From Dictyostelium discoideum (taxonomy: Eukaryota), in the NCBI GenBank assembly GCA_000004695.1, contig CM000152.2:3328001-3392000 (forward strand): 64,000 bases of DNA. The letters are read 5' to 3'. The notes beneath the pieces were generated by a model. The model was given only the letters and a program-made list of their open reading frames with translations, did not search any database and was not told the origin of the DNA. A program made the translations under genes and the position numbers. This document shows positions 39,339 through 53,470 of this stretch, one piece after another. Position 1 is the first letter of the stretch, and every line of letters starts with the position of its first letter.

Positions 39339-39898
39339 TTAAATATGATTATGATATATTGGTTCATTTTGCCAATTATCAGTTGCACCATCTAAAAATG
39401 TAACCTTTAATTTTGAAAGTTGTTCATGAGTAATGCCTTCGATTGTATTAACGTTAACAGCATAAAATGGAGCATTTGGAACACCTTCCATTTTGACAAG
39501 AGTATATGTATTAACACCACAGGCTTTGCAAAAATAGTTATCATTTATCTTTGAACCATATAGGTAATTTTCTTGATCATTTTCACCTTTTAATACTTTG
39601 AAATCTTTAGGGCAAACAATAATTTCCCAAAATCTAGTTTTTAAACAATATGCTTTTTTTTTTTTTTTTTTAAAAAAATTTATTTTATGTTTTATTAATA
39701 TTTAATTTTGTTTTATTTGATTTCTTTTATTTTTTTTTTTTTTTTTTATTTAATTTTAAAATAAAAATTGGTATACTTACAACAATTACATCTTAAAGTT
39801 TCTGATTTTAATAATTCAGTTTCAAGTTTACATTGAAATCTAACATTACCACAATGGCATGATCCAAAAAATTCTTTACTATTTTCATTAATATCCAT
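39339..39898 (-). CDS. GFA-family (glutathione-dependent formaldehyde-activating enzyme / CENP-V-like) zinc-binding protein, 143 aa; model join(39898..39781,39652..39339)
   Basis: MDINENSKEFFGSCHCGNVRF ... RCNC|SYCLKTRFW ... CKACG: the CxC...CxC-[ST]-xC zinc ligands of the GFA fold; GTAAGT donor at 39780, poly(A)-rich intron, AAAAAG acceptor at 39653, phase 1 verified; not in the supplied ORF track because neither exon has a long ORF. Confidence 0.6.
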
Positions 39899-40288
39899 TT
39901 TTATGTATTTTTTTTTATTTTTGTGAGAGTGAATAATAAGATGAAATTATTGACGTGTGGTGAAATGGTGAAATGAAAATCTTTTGAACAAAAAAATAAA
40001 AAAAAAAATTTTTTTTGTTGTTTTTATACCTTTCACAACCTTCAGTTTGAAATATCTTTTTTTTTTTTTTAATTTTTTTTTTATTATTTTTAAATAATGA
40101 AAGGTCACTATTTAATTACAAGAAAATCAATTTTTATTCGAAATTTAATTAATTTTTGCAGGCCAGTCCCAATCTGATGGTGCTATTTCAAAAATATCTC
40201 AAATCAAATTATTTTAATTTTATTTTTAGTTCAAATAATTAACCTAAACTTTTTTTTTTTTTTTTGATTGGAAATAATGATTTGAATA

Positions 40289-40324
<36 letters not shown>

Positions 40325-40361
40325 TTGTTATTCTATTACAAATTTTAATTTATTTATTTAT

Positions 40362-41166
40362 TTATCTATTTGAAGAAAAAGATTCGTAATCTTCATCCTC
40401 AAAATTACCTTTATTATCATTATCGTCACTATCGTCATTATCTCTACTAGTTCTTGTACTTCTATTTTTATAACCGCTATAATCGTCGTCATCATTATTA
40501 TTATTGTTGTTATCATCATCATCCCCATTTTCACTCTCATCTGGATGATACTCCTCTTCTTCATCTTCTAATTCCAATGGATATCTTAAAATTGCTGCAA
40601 CACCTGATAATTTTGAAAGTTCTATATTGATAATAATAATATTATTATTAATAATAAATTAATAAATTAAATGAGTATATATAAATATATAAATATATAA
40701 ATATAAATATTAAATTTTTAAATATATATATACATACGTTCACCAGTTACATGTAAACCAGAAAATAATTTAACATCACCTTTATTATCTTTAACGGATT
40801 GAACCAAGTCAACATACTTTTTTCTAGTTTTTACATCTTTACCACGAAATAATTCATCAGTGACCAAGAGGGTTTCAATTGCTAATCTTTCATTTGCCTT
40901 TTTAACATGTTCGTAACCATAGAAAGCTCTATTTGGATCTTTTTTCAACATATCATAAAAATCATTAAGAATCTTAACTTCACTAGCTGCTTTTGTATTT
41001 GAGAATTGTTGAACGATTGCTTGATCTGATAAAACCTCTTTCAATGAATATCTATGTCCTGATGATGAATGTGTTAAAATAAATTTTGATTTATTTTGTC
41101 TAAATACTTTATACAAATCATTCTTTGATGATTGATCCATCATATATTGAAAGAATTTATCCTTTT

Positions 41167-41201
<35 letters not shown>

Positions 41202-41212
41202 TAAATAAATAA

Positions 41213-41246
<34 letters not shown>

Positions 41247-41914
41247 TATTAATTATAAATTATTATATTTACTTTAACAAAAGCTGGTGAAGCAATTATA
41301 AAACATTTTACAACATCAAAATTAATATTTCTAGTCATTGATTGTAAGATTGTATTGAAAAAGTTTTCTAAACCTTTTTGATGATTATCAGATGTTGATC
41401 TACCTTTACGTGGTACAGGTACTTCGATTCTACTTTTAACAACGGTCATTGCTGATGTGATTAAACAAAGATTTGCTAAACCCTCATTCATGATTAATGC
41501 AGCAACATCGGCACGTTGACCTATATCAGTTGCATTTTTGACCAACTCCAATGAGATCATATCCCATTCTTGTTTTTGTAACTGAAACTCTCTATTCATC
41601 TCTAAATCGATAGTATGAAATGATCCAAGTTTAACAAATCTATTCTCTACACATGTTGCTCCACTAACACGAAGTAATGATGATTCATTATCGTGATCGA
41701 TTTTGGTGACTTGAATGGTTATCTTTAATTTCTGTCTCTCACTTGTTACACTACCAGTTGCTGTCTCTTTTTGAATCTTTCTTACTGTTGAACTTGTTAA
41801 TAGATCACCTACACTTATTAAATTATAACAATGCCATAAATCTTCTTCTTCTTCTAATTGTAATTTTACATATCCTGATAAATCTTTTTCAATATATTTT
41901 TTAATTAATTTCAT
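40362..41914 (-). CDS. Pelota / Dom34 (ribosome rescue, eRF1-like); model join(41914..41273,41161..40738,40621..40362), 441 aa
   Basis: MKLIKKYIEKDLSGYVKLQLEEEEDLWHCYNLISVGDLL (Pelota N-domain); central and eRF1-like C-domain; exon 3 GEQLSKLSGVAAILRYPLELEDEEEE plus acidic tail; donors GTAAAT/GTATGT, acceptors TTAAAAG/ATATAG; phases 0 and 1 verified. Confidence 0.8.
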
Positions 41915-42545
41915 TTTTCTAAATTATTTCTTTTTTTTTAATTATTTTTTTTTTTTTATAATAAAATTATTTGCATATTATTTTTTTTTTTTTTAAAATC
42001 TTTTCTACTTTTTGTTGTATAAATTCATATATAAAAATAAAATTGTTGTTGTTGAATTTCTTTTTTAAAAAAAAAAATATTTTTTTGTTTGATATTTTGT
42101 GGAAGCGAGAAAAAAGAAAAAAAGAAAAAAAAATAAAAAAAAAAAATTGAAAAAAAAAAAATGAAAATTAAAAAAAATTAATAAAAAAAATAAAAAAAAA
42201 AATAAAAATAAAAAATAAATTAAAAAAATAAAATAATTTTTTATTTATTTAATTATTTAATTATTTTTGGTGGGGATGTAGTTCAAAAAAAAAAAAATAT
42301 TGCAAAAAAAAAAAAATAACAATAATAATAATAAATGGATATAAAAAGAAAAAAAAAAATAAAATAAAATAAAAAAGATAATTAGATAATATATTTAATA
42401 GTTGTTAAATTGATAATTTTGTTTTGTTTTGTTTTTTTTTTTTGGAAAAAATGGAAATTAAATTTTGTTTTGTTTTTTTTTTTTTTTTTTTTTTGGAAAA
42501 ATTATTTTTAGATTTTTTTTTTTAGATTTTTTATTTTAAAATTTT

Positions 42546-43762
42546 TTATTTGTTACCATCTGTACTTCTACTAAAAAAGGAAGATCTTTGAGGTTGCGTA
42601 TTATTATTATTATTATTATTACTATTATTACTATTATTATTATTATTATTATGAAATTGAGCCTTCATCTCTTCATTTGTTTTCTTTTCAAATTCTCTTA
42701 AACTTTCCATATCCATATCAAACCATTGATCAATCCAACAGAATATCTGTCTATGACCCATAAAAAAAGTATCTCTAAGTGCAACTCTTTGAATAAAATT
42801 CTCTACTTTATTTTGAACACCCCAACATCTAAATTCTACTTTACAAACTTTATAACAACACATAATTGGTTTTGTCGATTTCTAATTTTTTATTTATTAT
42901 TGTTGTTAATATAAATTATTATATTAATAAATTGATTTGTTGTTTTGGTTTTTTTTATAAATATAAAAAAGATTAACAAACTTACCATCCAATCATTTTG
43001 TAATTTTCCTCTACCAGTTTTTACAGATTGAAATATTTTTGGATCTTCTTCTGGTTTATAATGTGCTTCGTCGATTGGATCATTTACAATATCAATATGT
43101 TCTACCTCTCTAATACTTAATTCTTCACTATTTAAATTTAAACACTATTGGATTAAAAAATTAAAAAAAAAAAAAAAATGAAAAAGAAGAAATAAAATCA
43201 TTAGAATTTATAACTCCTCAATCAAATAGAGGTGTGAGTGTGATATGACATATCTAGGTATTTACATTGTCTTGTGTACCTGAATCTGGTTCATATCTAG
43301 TTTCGATTGATACTGAAAATCTATCACCCAATAAAGGACACTATATAATTATATTTTTAAAAATGATGTACGTTAATATAAATTTATTTATTGATAAAAT
43401 ATCATCTCTATCACTCTCTTTCTCTTTCTTTCTCTCTCTCTCCTATTGTAATGAATAATGATACAAACAGCATAACTTGTTTTACAATATGGATATGCAT
43501 TCCAAGCTTTCTCTTCAATTTGTAATGAAGTTGGAGCGAATGATCTTAACCAGGTTGGTAATCTACCACCTAAATGAAAAATTTTACGTGTAAAGAAACC
43601 AGTTGTTGCACCGTCTGCGTATGGTTTATTCTCTATGACTTCAATACCTTCACCCAAAGATGTATTCTTTTTACTTATTGTTGCAACCATAAAAAGTTGT
43701 GCTACTTTATATTCTTCAACTGTAAGTGGTAATGGAATTCTAAATTCTTTAATTAAAACCAT
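42546..43762 (-). CDS. Phosphatidylinositol transfer protein, class I (PITP alpha/beta type) with Asn-rich C-terminal tail; model join(43762..43469,43341..43267,43144..42986,42881..42546)
   Basis: MVLIKEFRIPLPLTVEEYKVAQLFMVA...EKAWNAYPYCKT; SVSIETRYEPDSGTQDN; EDPKIFQSVKTGRGKLQNDWM; MCCYKVCKVEFRCWGVQNKVENFI...QIFCWIDQW all align to PITP; introns 125/122/102 nt; first donor is non-canonical GTTTGT (flagged). Confidence 0.7.
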
Positions 43763-44243
43763 TTTTTTTTTTTTTTTTTTTTGTTGCTTTGAAAATAAAA
43801 AGTTTTTGATTTTCGTTTATTTCTTTTTTTTTTTTTTTTTTTTTTTTTTTGCTTCGAAAATTTTTATTATCTTAAAATTTCCGTGAGGCGACTGGTTTCT
43901 TCTTAAATATTTAAGATGGGAAAAAAAAAAAGTTACTTTATTTTTTTGAGAAATAAAATTAAAAAAAATATATTTTTACAGTTATTATTATTATTATTAC
44001 TATATTATTATTATTATTATTATTACTATTTATCTGTGTGGTAATCAGGTGAAAAAAAAAAAAAAAAAAAAATAAAAAAAATAAAAAAATAAAGAAAATT
44101 TTTTTTTTTGAAAATAATAAAAAAATAAAAAAATAAAAAATAAAAGAAAAAAAAAAAAAAAAATTGAGGGTGTGGGGGGAGATTGAGACTATTGGCTAAA
44201 AAATCCAATGTATGTTGATGATATCACACTTAATACGATTATT

Positions 44244-44302
<59 letters not shown>

Positions 44303-44357
44303 TTGGTTTTACAAAAAAAAAAAAAAATAATAATATGTTATAATGTTTAGAAAAAAA

Positions 44358-44389
<32 letters not shown>

Positions 44390-44580
44390 AAAATATAAAA
44401 AAAAAAAAAAATAAAAATAAAAAAAAAAAAATAATAAAAAAAAATATTACAATCGTTTACAGTAAAAATTTTAAAAAAAAAAAAATTTTGAAAAAAAAAA
44501 AAAAATAATTTTTAAAAAATAAAAAAAAAATCAAAGTTTTGTGTTGACATTTTAAAAAAAAATAAAAAAAAAAAAAAATA

Positions 44581-44726
44581 ATGCAATCTTTACTCGTTGG
44601 CGATTACAAATGCAGGTAAATAAATATTATATTTATTTCTTACAAAAAATTGAAAATTTTTAATTTTTTTTTTTTTATGATATTAATATCTTTTTTTTTT
44701 TTGTTATTATTATTATTATCTAAATA

Positions 44727-44759
<33 letters not shown>

Positions 44760-45165
44760 TAGAGTTAGTTCAGTATTAAATAAACAAACTAAAGAATATG
44801 GTAAAGAGAATTTATTTGATAAAAGTGAAGAAACATGTTGGAATTCACATCAAGGTACACCACAATTTATAGTGATTCAATTTCCTCAAGAAAATGGTGT
44901 AACATTGTCAAGTGTGAATATTATGTTTCAAGGTGGATTCGTTGGTAAAGATTGTGAAATTTTAACAATGTCAACAAATTCAGATTCAAAAGAATTTATT
45001 CACTCTTGTTATTTCTATCCAAAAGATATTAATACAACTCAACAATTCCCAATTGATTCAATTAAAAATACAAATATTAAACAAATTAAAATTTTATTTC
45101 CTCAAAGTACTGATTTCTTTGGTAGAATTACAATTTATCAATTAGATATTTTAGGTGAACCAACT

Positions 45166-45171
<6 letters not shown>
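44581..45171 (+). CDS. NR2C2AP/TRA16-like protein (galactose-binding-like domain), 147 aa; model join(44581..44615,44763..45171)
   Basis: MQSLLVGDYKCR|VSSVLNKQTKEYGKENLFDKSEETCWNSHQGTPQFIVIQFPQ...FQGGFVGKDCEI closely parallels NR2C2AP (VSSVLNRNTRQFGKKHLFD.DEETCWNSDQG...); GTAAAT donor at 44616, A-rich intron, ATAG acceptor at 44762, phase 2 verified. Confidence 0.75.
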
Positions 45172-45200
<29 letters not shown>

Positions 45201-45360
45201 AAAAAACAAAAAACAAAAAACAAAAATTAATTCTGTAAAAACATTAAATTTTAATTTTATCCTTTTTTTTTTTTTTTTTTTTTTTACACTTTTTATTTTT
45301 CAGTTTAAAAAAAAAATAAAATAAATAATAAATAAATTTAAATGATTTTATTTAATTTTA

Positions 45361-45422
<62 letters not shown>

Positions 45423-45443
45423 TGTTTTTTTTTTTTTTTTTTT

Positions 45444-46060
45444 TTAATAAAGATTTGAAACGATTTTCTTTTCCCAAATTGTTAATTTTTCGAAATTTGT
45501 GTTGATTTGAGGAAGTTTTTGAAAAATTCTTTCACCTTGGTATTCAAATTTATTATATGGGATTGATGATTTTGGAGTAAATCCAATATGTTCACAAAGT
45601 TTTTGACCAGATACAGTTGCAGTTTCTGCACACATATATTGAAAGTTATGAGCTCTACCTATATCTGTACTATGATACCACATATCATATGCAACACCCT
45701 TAAAAAGGAAATTTAATTAATAATCTATATATATTTCAAAGTGATGATAATTCTGTTTGTTGTTGTTGTTTTTTTTTATTTTTTTTACATACTTGACCTC
45801 TAGAACTTGGAACAACGCATGTAAAATATAAAGAATGAATAATCTCACCAAATCTAATTGTATTTGGATGTTCTTTTTTATATTTATGATGTAAATTTGA
45901 AAACATTGATTTTACTGGTTCCTAATTGTTTTTCATTTTGAAAAAAAAAAAAAAAAAAAAAAATTATTAGTATTTTTTTATTAAATTATTATTATTTTTA
46001 TTTTTTTATTTTTTTATTTTTTTTTATTTTTTTTTTATAATAATAATAATAATAATAATG

Positions 46061-46114
<54 letters not shown>

Positions 46115-46418
46115 TTTTTACCCATTTTTTATCTAAACTTGTATGAAATTCTTCAGGTTCTCTAGTTTTCCAATCTTCATTAATAATACAACCAACGATT
46201 TGATCTGTTTCATTATCAATTGCAACTAAGCTTAAATCTTTTTTTGCAGCTCTGTCAACGAATAATGTTGCCATTTCAGTCCAATTATTTTTATTTAAAT
46301 TTAACGCAATTGAAAATGGATCTGTTGCAAAACTTTTAGTAATTGAATCTACAACTTTTGGTACCATATTTGGTGTTAACATTTTATATGTTATTTTTGA
46401 TAAATGTTGATGACTCAT
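45444..46418 (-). CDS. GNAT-family N-acetyltransferase; model join(46418..46122,45921..45793,45698..45444), 226 aa
   Basis: Motif A region VVPSSRGQ|GVAYDMWYH (R-G-x-G); three exons with GTAAAA/GTATGT donors, AATTAG/TTTTTAAG acceptors, all phase 0; intron 1 is an (ATT)n run. Confidence 0.6.
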
Positions 46419-47529
46419 TTTATTTTATTTTTGATTTTTTTTATTTATTTATTTAAAATATTTGAAATCCTGTTTTAAAATTACTATTTTTATTTTTATT
46501 TTTTTTTATTTTTTTATTTTTATTTTTATTTTTTTATTATTACAACTTCCAAATTTAACACAGACTTGAATGAAAATGAAAATGAAATTTTTTTTTTTTT
46601 ACTTTTTTTTTTTTTTAATTTAAAAATAAATTTTAATTATTAAAAAAAAAAAAAATAAAAAAATAAAAAAATAAAAAAATTTTTAATTTAATAAAAATTT
46701 TTAAAAAGTAATCAAAAAAAAAAAAGATATTTTTAATTTTTTTATAAGCAGTATTTTTATTATTATAATTTTTTTTATTAAAAGTATTTTTAAAAATAAA
46801 AATTTATTTTAAAACAATGGTTGTTTATTTTTTATATGAAAAAAAGTTTTTTTTTTTTTTTTGGAAATATCAAATAAACTAAAATTAGTATAAAAATATA
46901 AAAAATCATATATCTTTTTTATTTTAATTTATATTTTTTTATTCTTCCAATCATCTATCTTTTTTATTTTATAAAAAAAAAACAAATAAATAAAAAAAGG
47001 AAAATAAAAAATTTATAAAATAATTAACCAATTCAATCAATCAATTATTATTATAATTATTTTTTTTTATAAATCTATTTTTTATATAAAATTTTTTCCC
47101 TACTCATTGTTTTTCAAAATAAAAAAACAAATACAAAAAAAAGGATGATAAATAATTAAATTTAAAAATAAAATTTTATTTTGATTAAAAAAAAAAAGAA
47201 TTGTTAATTCATTTTTTAATATTTTTAAAATCACCTTGTGTAATTTGAGTGCTCTATTTTTCTATTATAAATTCAATTTAAAAATAAATAAAATTAAATA
47301 ATTGTTTGTAAAAAAAGAATATTTCTATCAATATTTCTTCACAATTTCCCATAAAAATTTTTTTTTTCACTTTTTCATTTTTTTCATTTTTCATTTTTTT
47401 TTTTTTTTTTTTTTTTTCATTTTTTTTTTACAAGCTTTCTAAACAAATAACCATAATAAAAAAGAATCAATATAAGTAATAATTTATAACCAAATAAAAA
47501 ATAATAATAATACATATATTTTTAAAAGG

Positions 47530-50381
47530 ATGCAACAACAACAACAACCAAAAGTTAAATTAAGTAAAAAAGATTATATTGAAAAGAAAGAAAAAGAACA
47601 ACAATTACTTAACAATAATAATAAAGTTAATAGAGAAAAAGATGGTAAAATAATGATTGAAAAGAATTTACAAGAGAAACAAGATGATATATTAATGAAT
47701 GAAAAAAAAAAGCAACAATCAGGTTTAGGTATTGATAAAACCTTTACATTAGTAATCAATACATTGGGACATTTAGAAAAGAAGAATGATTTAGATCAAT
47801 ATTGGGTACTAAATAATAAAGAATATCATCTATCATTCATAACATTCTTACCAGCAGATAACAATGAACAAGGCTCATCCGAAGAATCAATACTATTCAT
47901 GAATTCCGATTTATCAAGTTTATTAAAATTTCAATATAATATATTTTGGTCACATTGTATTTTCAATAAATCATTAAACGAATTCATTGATTCATTTTTA
48001 AAATTTTTTAAAAGAGATAATCAACCAATAATTTCATTAGTAAATAATAATAGTGTTAATAATAATAATAATAATAATAATAGTATAATTAAAAAAGGAT
48101 CAAAAGATTTTAATGAATCAAAGAAATTATTATTTAAACGTGTATTTTTGGTTTTGGTTAGAATGTCGTTACAACAAGAGAAATCAGGTTTTATAACTAG
48201 AGAATTCTATTCTGATTTAATTTATAAAAATAAATTATTTACAATTCCAAAATTATTCGATATAGTTTCATTATATTCATCTCATGCAAGAGATGCTGTA
48301 ACAACAATGATTCAAAGTATTTTCGATACTCAACCAAATTATTATAAAGATTTACTTCAACATTTTCAATTAATTTCAAAAACATTATTTGAATTAAATC
48401 AAAGTTTATTAAATAGAGTATATATATATATAAATATATAGTAAATTTATTTTATTGATAATAATAATAATAAATAATAATACTAATAATTTAAATTATT
48501 TTAGAATTTATTAGATTTATTAAGATTAGAAGATAATTATTTAATGGATATTGTTTATAATTTAGAACAATTTATTAGAATATTTCCAATGGGTAGTCAT
48601 CAATTATTTGATGAATATTTGATGAATTTAGAAAAGGGTGGTGGTGATGGTAATGGTGGTGTATTGGGTTGGTTAACTTATTTCTATGAATATATAATAC
48701 CAATTTTTAATAAGGAGAATCAAAAAGCATCAAATAAACAAGTCAATTTGACGCCATCGATTTACGTACCACTAAAACAACATATTCTTTCTATTTTCCA
48801 TACGATTTTCAGACACCATTTCATGATAAAGCTTGAGCAATTACAATTGTTAATTCAAGATCCATGTCAGTTATGTAAAAAGTTACCATTGGATGAAATC
48901 TCTCATAGATTCTTCTCTTTGTTGGGTAATATCACTTCATTTAGTCAACAAATCATTGGTTCAACTAAATCTAATAGATCAAAACTTTTCAATGAATATT
49001 TCGATAATATTACAAGTGCTTCAATCTTATATGATTATGAACAAACTTACAAGTTATCAAATTTCTTGGATAAATTGGTTACCTTGGATTCATCAATTGA
49101 TTTCACATCTTATACTTATTTTATGCAATTAATTGGTAAACCTGTATCACAAGATCAAAAACAAATTCAAAAACCAAAATTCAAAAAATCAACAACAATT
49201 ATTGATTCAAATATATCATCATCATCATCATCATCATCATCATCGTCACCATCAAATGCTACTACAACAGTTAAACCAATCCTTTCAAATAATCCTGTAA
49301 TTATGAATACTGTTAAAATTGATCAAGTTAAATCTTTATTCCCTGATCTTGGTGATTGGTTCGTTCATTGTTGTTTAAAGTATTATAATCAAGATGTTGA
49401 ACAAGTTATTAATGCACTTTGTGATGATTCTTCCCTTCCACCACATTTGAAATCAATGGATAGATCTTTATCTTCTGATCCTTCTCAACCTTCTAAAAAT
49501 ATACCAACACCAACAACTACAACAACTACAACTACTACAACTGATAAACCAAATAATACTACTACTGCTACTACTACTACAACTACTACCACTTCAAGTA
49601 GCAAATCACTTGAAAAATCTATGAATGAATTGAATATTAGCATAGGGTAATATACATATATATATTTATGTATATTTATATATATTTTTTTTAGAATTTT
49701 ATTTTTTATTTATACTTACTTTTTTTTTTTTTATATTATTAATATAAAGACAAAAACCAAAGAATGATATTAGTATGGAAAAGGTTAAGGCATATATAAA
49801 AGCTATGAAAAAATTTATGATGAAAAATATGATGATTCACTTGAAGAGTTTTCAGGTTTCTCTGTTCAAGATGGTGAAAAATATAATGATGAAGATGAAG
49901 ATGAAAAGAAGGATAGTGAAAATAATACAAATACTGAAGACCAAAAACATCCAACCACCAGTGCATCAGGTAGAACTCCAAATGAATCAAATAATCTTGG
50001 ACGTCCAAGACAAAATAACCCAAACAAGGGTAGAAAAGAGGATAATCGTAATAATAAGCAACAAACTCATTCATCTCATCATTCTCAGCCACAACAACAA
50101 CAACAACAGCAACCACCACAACATCAACCACAACCACATCAACAACCACAACAACAACCACAACCACATCAACATCAACAACCACAACAACAGCAACCAC
50201 AACAACCACAACATAAACAGCAACCAAAACCACAACAATCAAAACAACATCCACAACAACAACCAAAACAACAACCAAAACAACAACCACAACAACCAAA
50301 ACAACAATCACAACAACAACCAAAACAACATCCACAACCACAACAACCGCAACAACCACAACCACAACCACAACCACAACC

Positions 50382-50430
<49 letters not shown>

Positions 50431-50598
50431 AGACAACCACAACAACCACAACAACCACAACCACAACAACAAAACCAACAACAAAATCAACAACAAAATC
50501 AACAACCTAAGAAATCACAAAATGATGATAAACCCAAACCAGATAAAAAACCAAAAGGAAGTTACTCAAAAGGGGGTTCAGTTGGAGGTGGCAGATAA
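47530..50598 (+). CDS. CUE domain-containing protein with long Pro/Gln-rich C-terminal tail (possibly ASCC2-like); model join(47530..48417,48505..49646,49803..50598), about 941 aa
   Basis: CUE motif [36 protein letters not shown] in exon 2; intron 1 GTATAT...TTTTAG (phase 0); exon 2 ends at GTAATA donor 49647 (phase 2); third exon chosen as the only stop-free acidic/PQ-rich frame (acceptor AAAAG at 49802, weaker) ending GGSVGGGR*; the exon-3 boundary is the least certain part. Confidence 0.5.
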
Positions 50599-50635
50599 AA
50601 ATAATAAAAACCTTTATCTTTACACTTATTTTATC

Positions 50636-50683
<48 letters not shown>

Positions 50684-50781
50684 ACTTAATATACAAGGGT
50701 TTTATTTATTTATTTATATTTGAAAGGTAGATTTATTGTCTACAAATAATGTACATTGATTTTTTATGAATATATATTAAA

Positions 50782-50833
50782 TCATTTCCAAAAAGAGATT
50801 AATCTTTTGAAAGGATTTGAATTTTTGTTATTA

Positions 50834-50891
<58 letters not shown>

Positions 50892-52059
50892 TACTACTAG
50901 GGTCATTATTTTCATCTTTATTTTCAGAGTCACCATCATCGTCAGAGTCGGCTTTACGTTCTAAACTTTTATCTTGTGATATCTTTACACTTGTTTTGTT
51001 TTTTTTCGAGGATTTTGAAAGTTTTTGGAATGAATTTTTATCGGTATCTTTTTGTTCTTTGAATCTTTTATTATCATTTGAATTATTGGAATCATCTTTA
51101 CGTTTTTTACTTGATGATTTATTGGTTGATGATGATGATGATGCTGATGCTGATGATGTAGTTGTGGTGGTAGTTGTGGTATTACTATTTAATTCGTTAT
51201 CAACTTTAATTGATTCCTCTTCTTTTGGTTTTTCCTCTAAATCATTAATATATTCAACTTTATAAATATCTTTTGTACAAAACTCAGCACGACAACATGG
51301 ACATGTTGAGTAAGATTTTAAACCATTACTTGATGAACTCCAATAATGTTTGATAACGCATTCCATACAGGTAACTGGACCACAGTTACATGAGGCTTTT
51401 TCACAAAATGTATTTCTTGGTGGTGGTGGTGGTGAGGTTGGACCACTAGTGGAAGATTGTGAAGATGAGTTGTTTCTACCAATGAGTGATGGTGGAGGTT
51501 CACAAGTTGGTATACCATTGCTTGGTGGTTTACAAGTTCTTTTAATTATAACATCGGAATCATTGTCGAGACAAATAGTGCATCTTAATTTTTTACTAAT
51601 TGGAACTTGTTGATTTTTATTTTTCTCAAGTCTTTCGAGAACCTTTTTTCTAAAGAGTTCCTCTGTTGGTGGGAAAATATGATCAGAAAGTTTTTTAATT
51701 GTATTGATTTGTGATGTAACTGTTGGTTCAATCTTTGTGAGTGCATTATGCATTTCCTTTTGATTTGTATTTAACTCTTCTTTTAATTGCGCTACTAATA
51801 CGGGATCATCATCAACAAACTTATCCAATTCCTTTGATAACTCTGCTAAACTCTCTTTTGATTTTCTAATAAACTTTGCAAGATCTCTACTGAATGCTTC
51901 ATTTCTATCTTTAAATGATTTTACCTTTTGAACGATTGGTGGAAAGTTTGAATCATCACTTGTAAGATTTGATATTAATCTAAGTAAAAGTTGTGAATTT
52001 GGTATTGATAATGCATTGTTTTGTAAATTTGATACAAAAAGATTAAAATGTACATCCAT
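50782..52059 (-). CDS. Hypothetical protein with C-terminal RING-like Cys-rich zinc finger and acidic/Asn-rich tail (425 aa, single exon)
   Basis: CTICLD...CNCGPVTCMECVIKHYW...CPCCRAEFC arrangement (C3HC4-like spacing) preceded by coiled-coil-like region. Confidence 0.55.
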
Positions 52060-52346
52060 TTTTATTTAAATTGATATAAAAAAATATAAAAAGTGTGTAT
52101 GTATTGAATTTATTTCTTTATTTCTTTTTTTATGTTTGATTTTAATTGATTTTTTTTATTATATTGTTTTTTTTTTTTTATGTTTGATTTTAGTTGATAC
52201 TTTTGTTTTGTTTTTTTTTTTTATTTTTTTTTTTTATTTTTTTTTTTTTGTTTGGGTATACACTATTTAAATTATCTTGTTTGAAAAATTGAAAATAAGA
52301 AAAAAAAAAAAAAATAAAATAAATTTATATTTTTTTTTTTTTTTTA

Positions 52347-52386
<40 letters not shown>

Positions 52387-52724
52387 AAAATCAATTAAAA
52401 TTTTTTTTTTTTTTTAATTTATTGAGATTTACTTAAAAACAAGACTTACTAAATTCTTGGAATGATAAAGAAGAATTGAACAACATTCCAAATTAGGAAA
52501 AAAAAATAGCGTCAACGATCGTCAAAAATAAAAATAAAAAATAAAAAAAAAATTAAAATAAAATAAAAAAAAAAAAACTAAAAAAAAATCAAAAAAAAAA
52601 AAATTAAAAAAATTAAAAAAATTAAAAAAAAAAAAGATTTCAAAAAAAAACTCTAAAAAAAAAAACATTTTTTATAAAGCATAAAAACCATACAAATACA
52701 CCGTGTGTATTATTTGTAGTTTTT

Positions 52725-52758
<34 letters not shown>

Positions 52759-53126
52759 AACCCCGATATTATTAATATATTAAAATAGATTAAAAAAATA
52801 AAAATAAAAATAAAAATAAAAAAAAAAATAAAAAATAAAAAAAAGAAAAAAAATTTTGGAAAAGAAAAAAAATTTTAAAAAAAAAATTTAAAAATAATTT
52901 AAAAATTTTTTTTTTCTAATTTTTTTTTTTTTTAATACACACCACAAAAACAAATAATAGTTTTAAATAATATTAAATAATATATAATAACAATAATAGT
53001 AATAATAGTAAAATAATACTAATAATAATAATAATAATAATATAAAATTTATAAAATTAAATAATAATAATAATAATAATAATAAAACCATTGGACACGG
53101 TAAAAAAAAAAAAAAAAAAAAAAAAA

Positions 53127-53435
53127 ATGAAGTGTATTCAGAGTACACCTTTTCGAAAATGGTGTTCATTGATAGGTTTCAATTTAATAACATTAATATT
53201 ATTGACGATATCAGTTCAGAATATATTTATTGATATTGACCCTAATACTTGCACTATGACATATATGGTACCAAATTACTTTTTAGTACCAACAAACCAT
53301 TCAATGTATAGTTTATATTATTATAAAGAAGGAAGGGATTTAGGTTCTGCAAATTCAAAATTATTAATAAATGATGTAAGTTCATACTATATATTTTAAC
53401 CACAACCACTTTAAAAAAATAAATAATTTTAGGTG

Positions 53436-53470
<35 letters not shown>

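Noticed and set aside
49739-50464. 241-aa minus-strand ORF encoding poly-Val/Leu (MVVVVVVV...)
   Set aside because: Pure antisense read-through of the (CAA/CCA)n coding repeat of the CUE-domain gene; no start context, no splice partners, composition artefactual.
49775-50689. 304-aa plus-strand ORF ([14 protein letters not shown]... then N/H-rich)
   Set aside because: Off-frame reading of the same repeat; cannot be joined to the upstream exons; the alternative frame gives a far more protein-like acidic/PQ-rich sequence and a phase-compatible splice.
50308-51265. ORFs 50308..50505(-) poly-Leu/Trp and 50756..51265(+) poly-Leu/Asp-Val
   Set aside because: Antisense or off-frame reads of repeat-rich coding DNA of the CUE gene tail and of the RING-finger gene.
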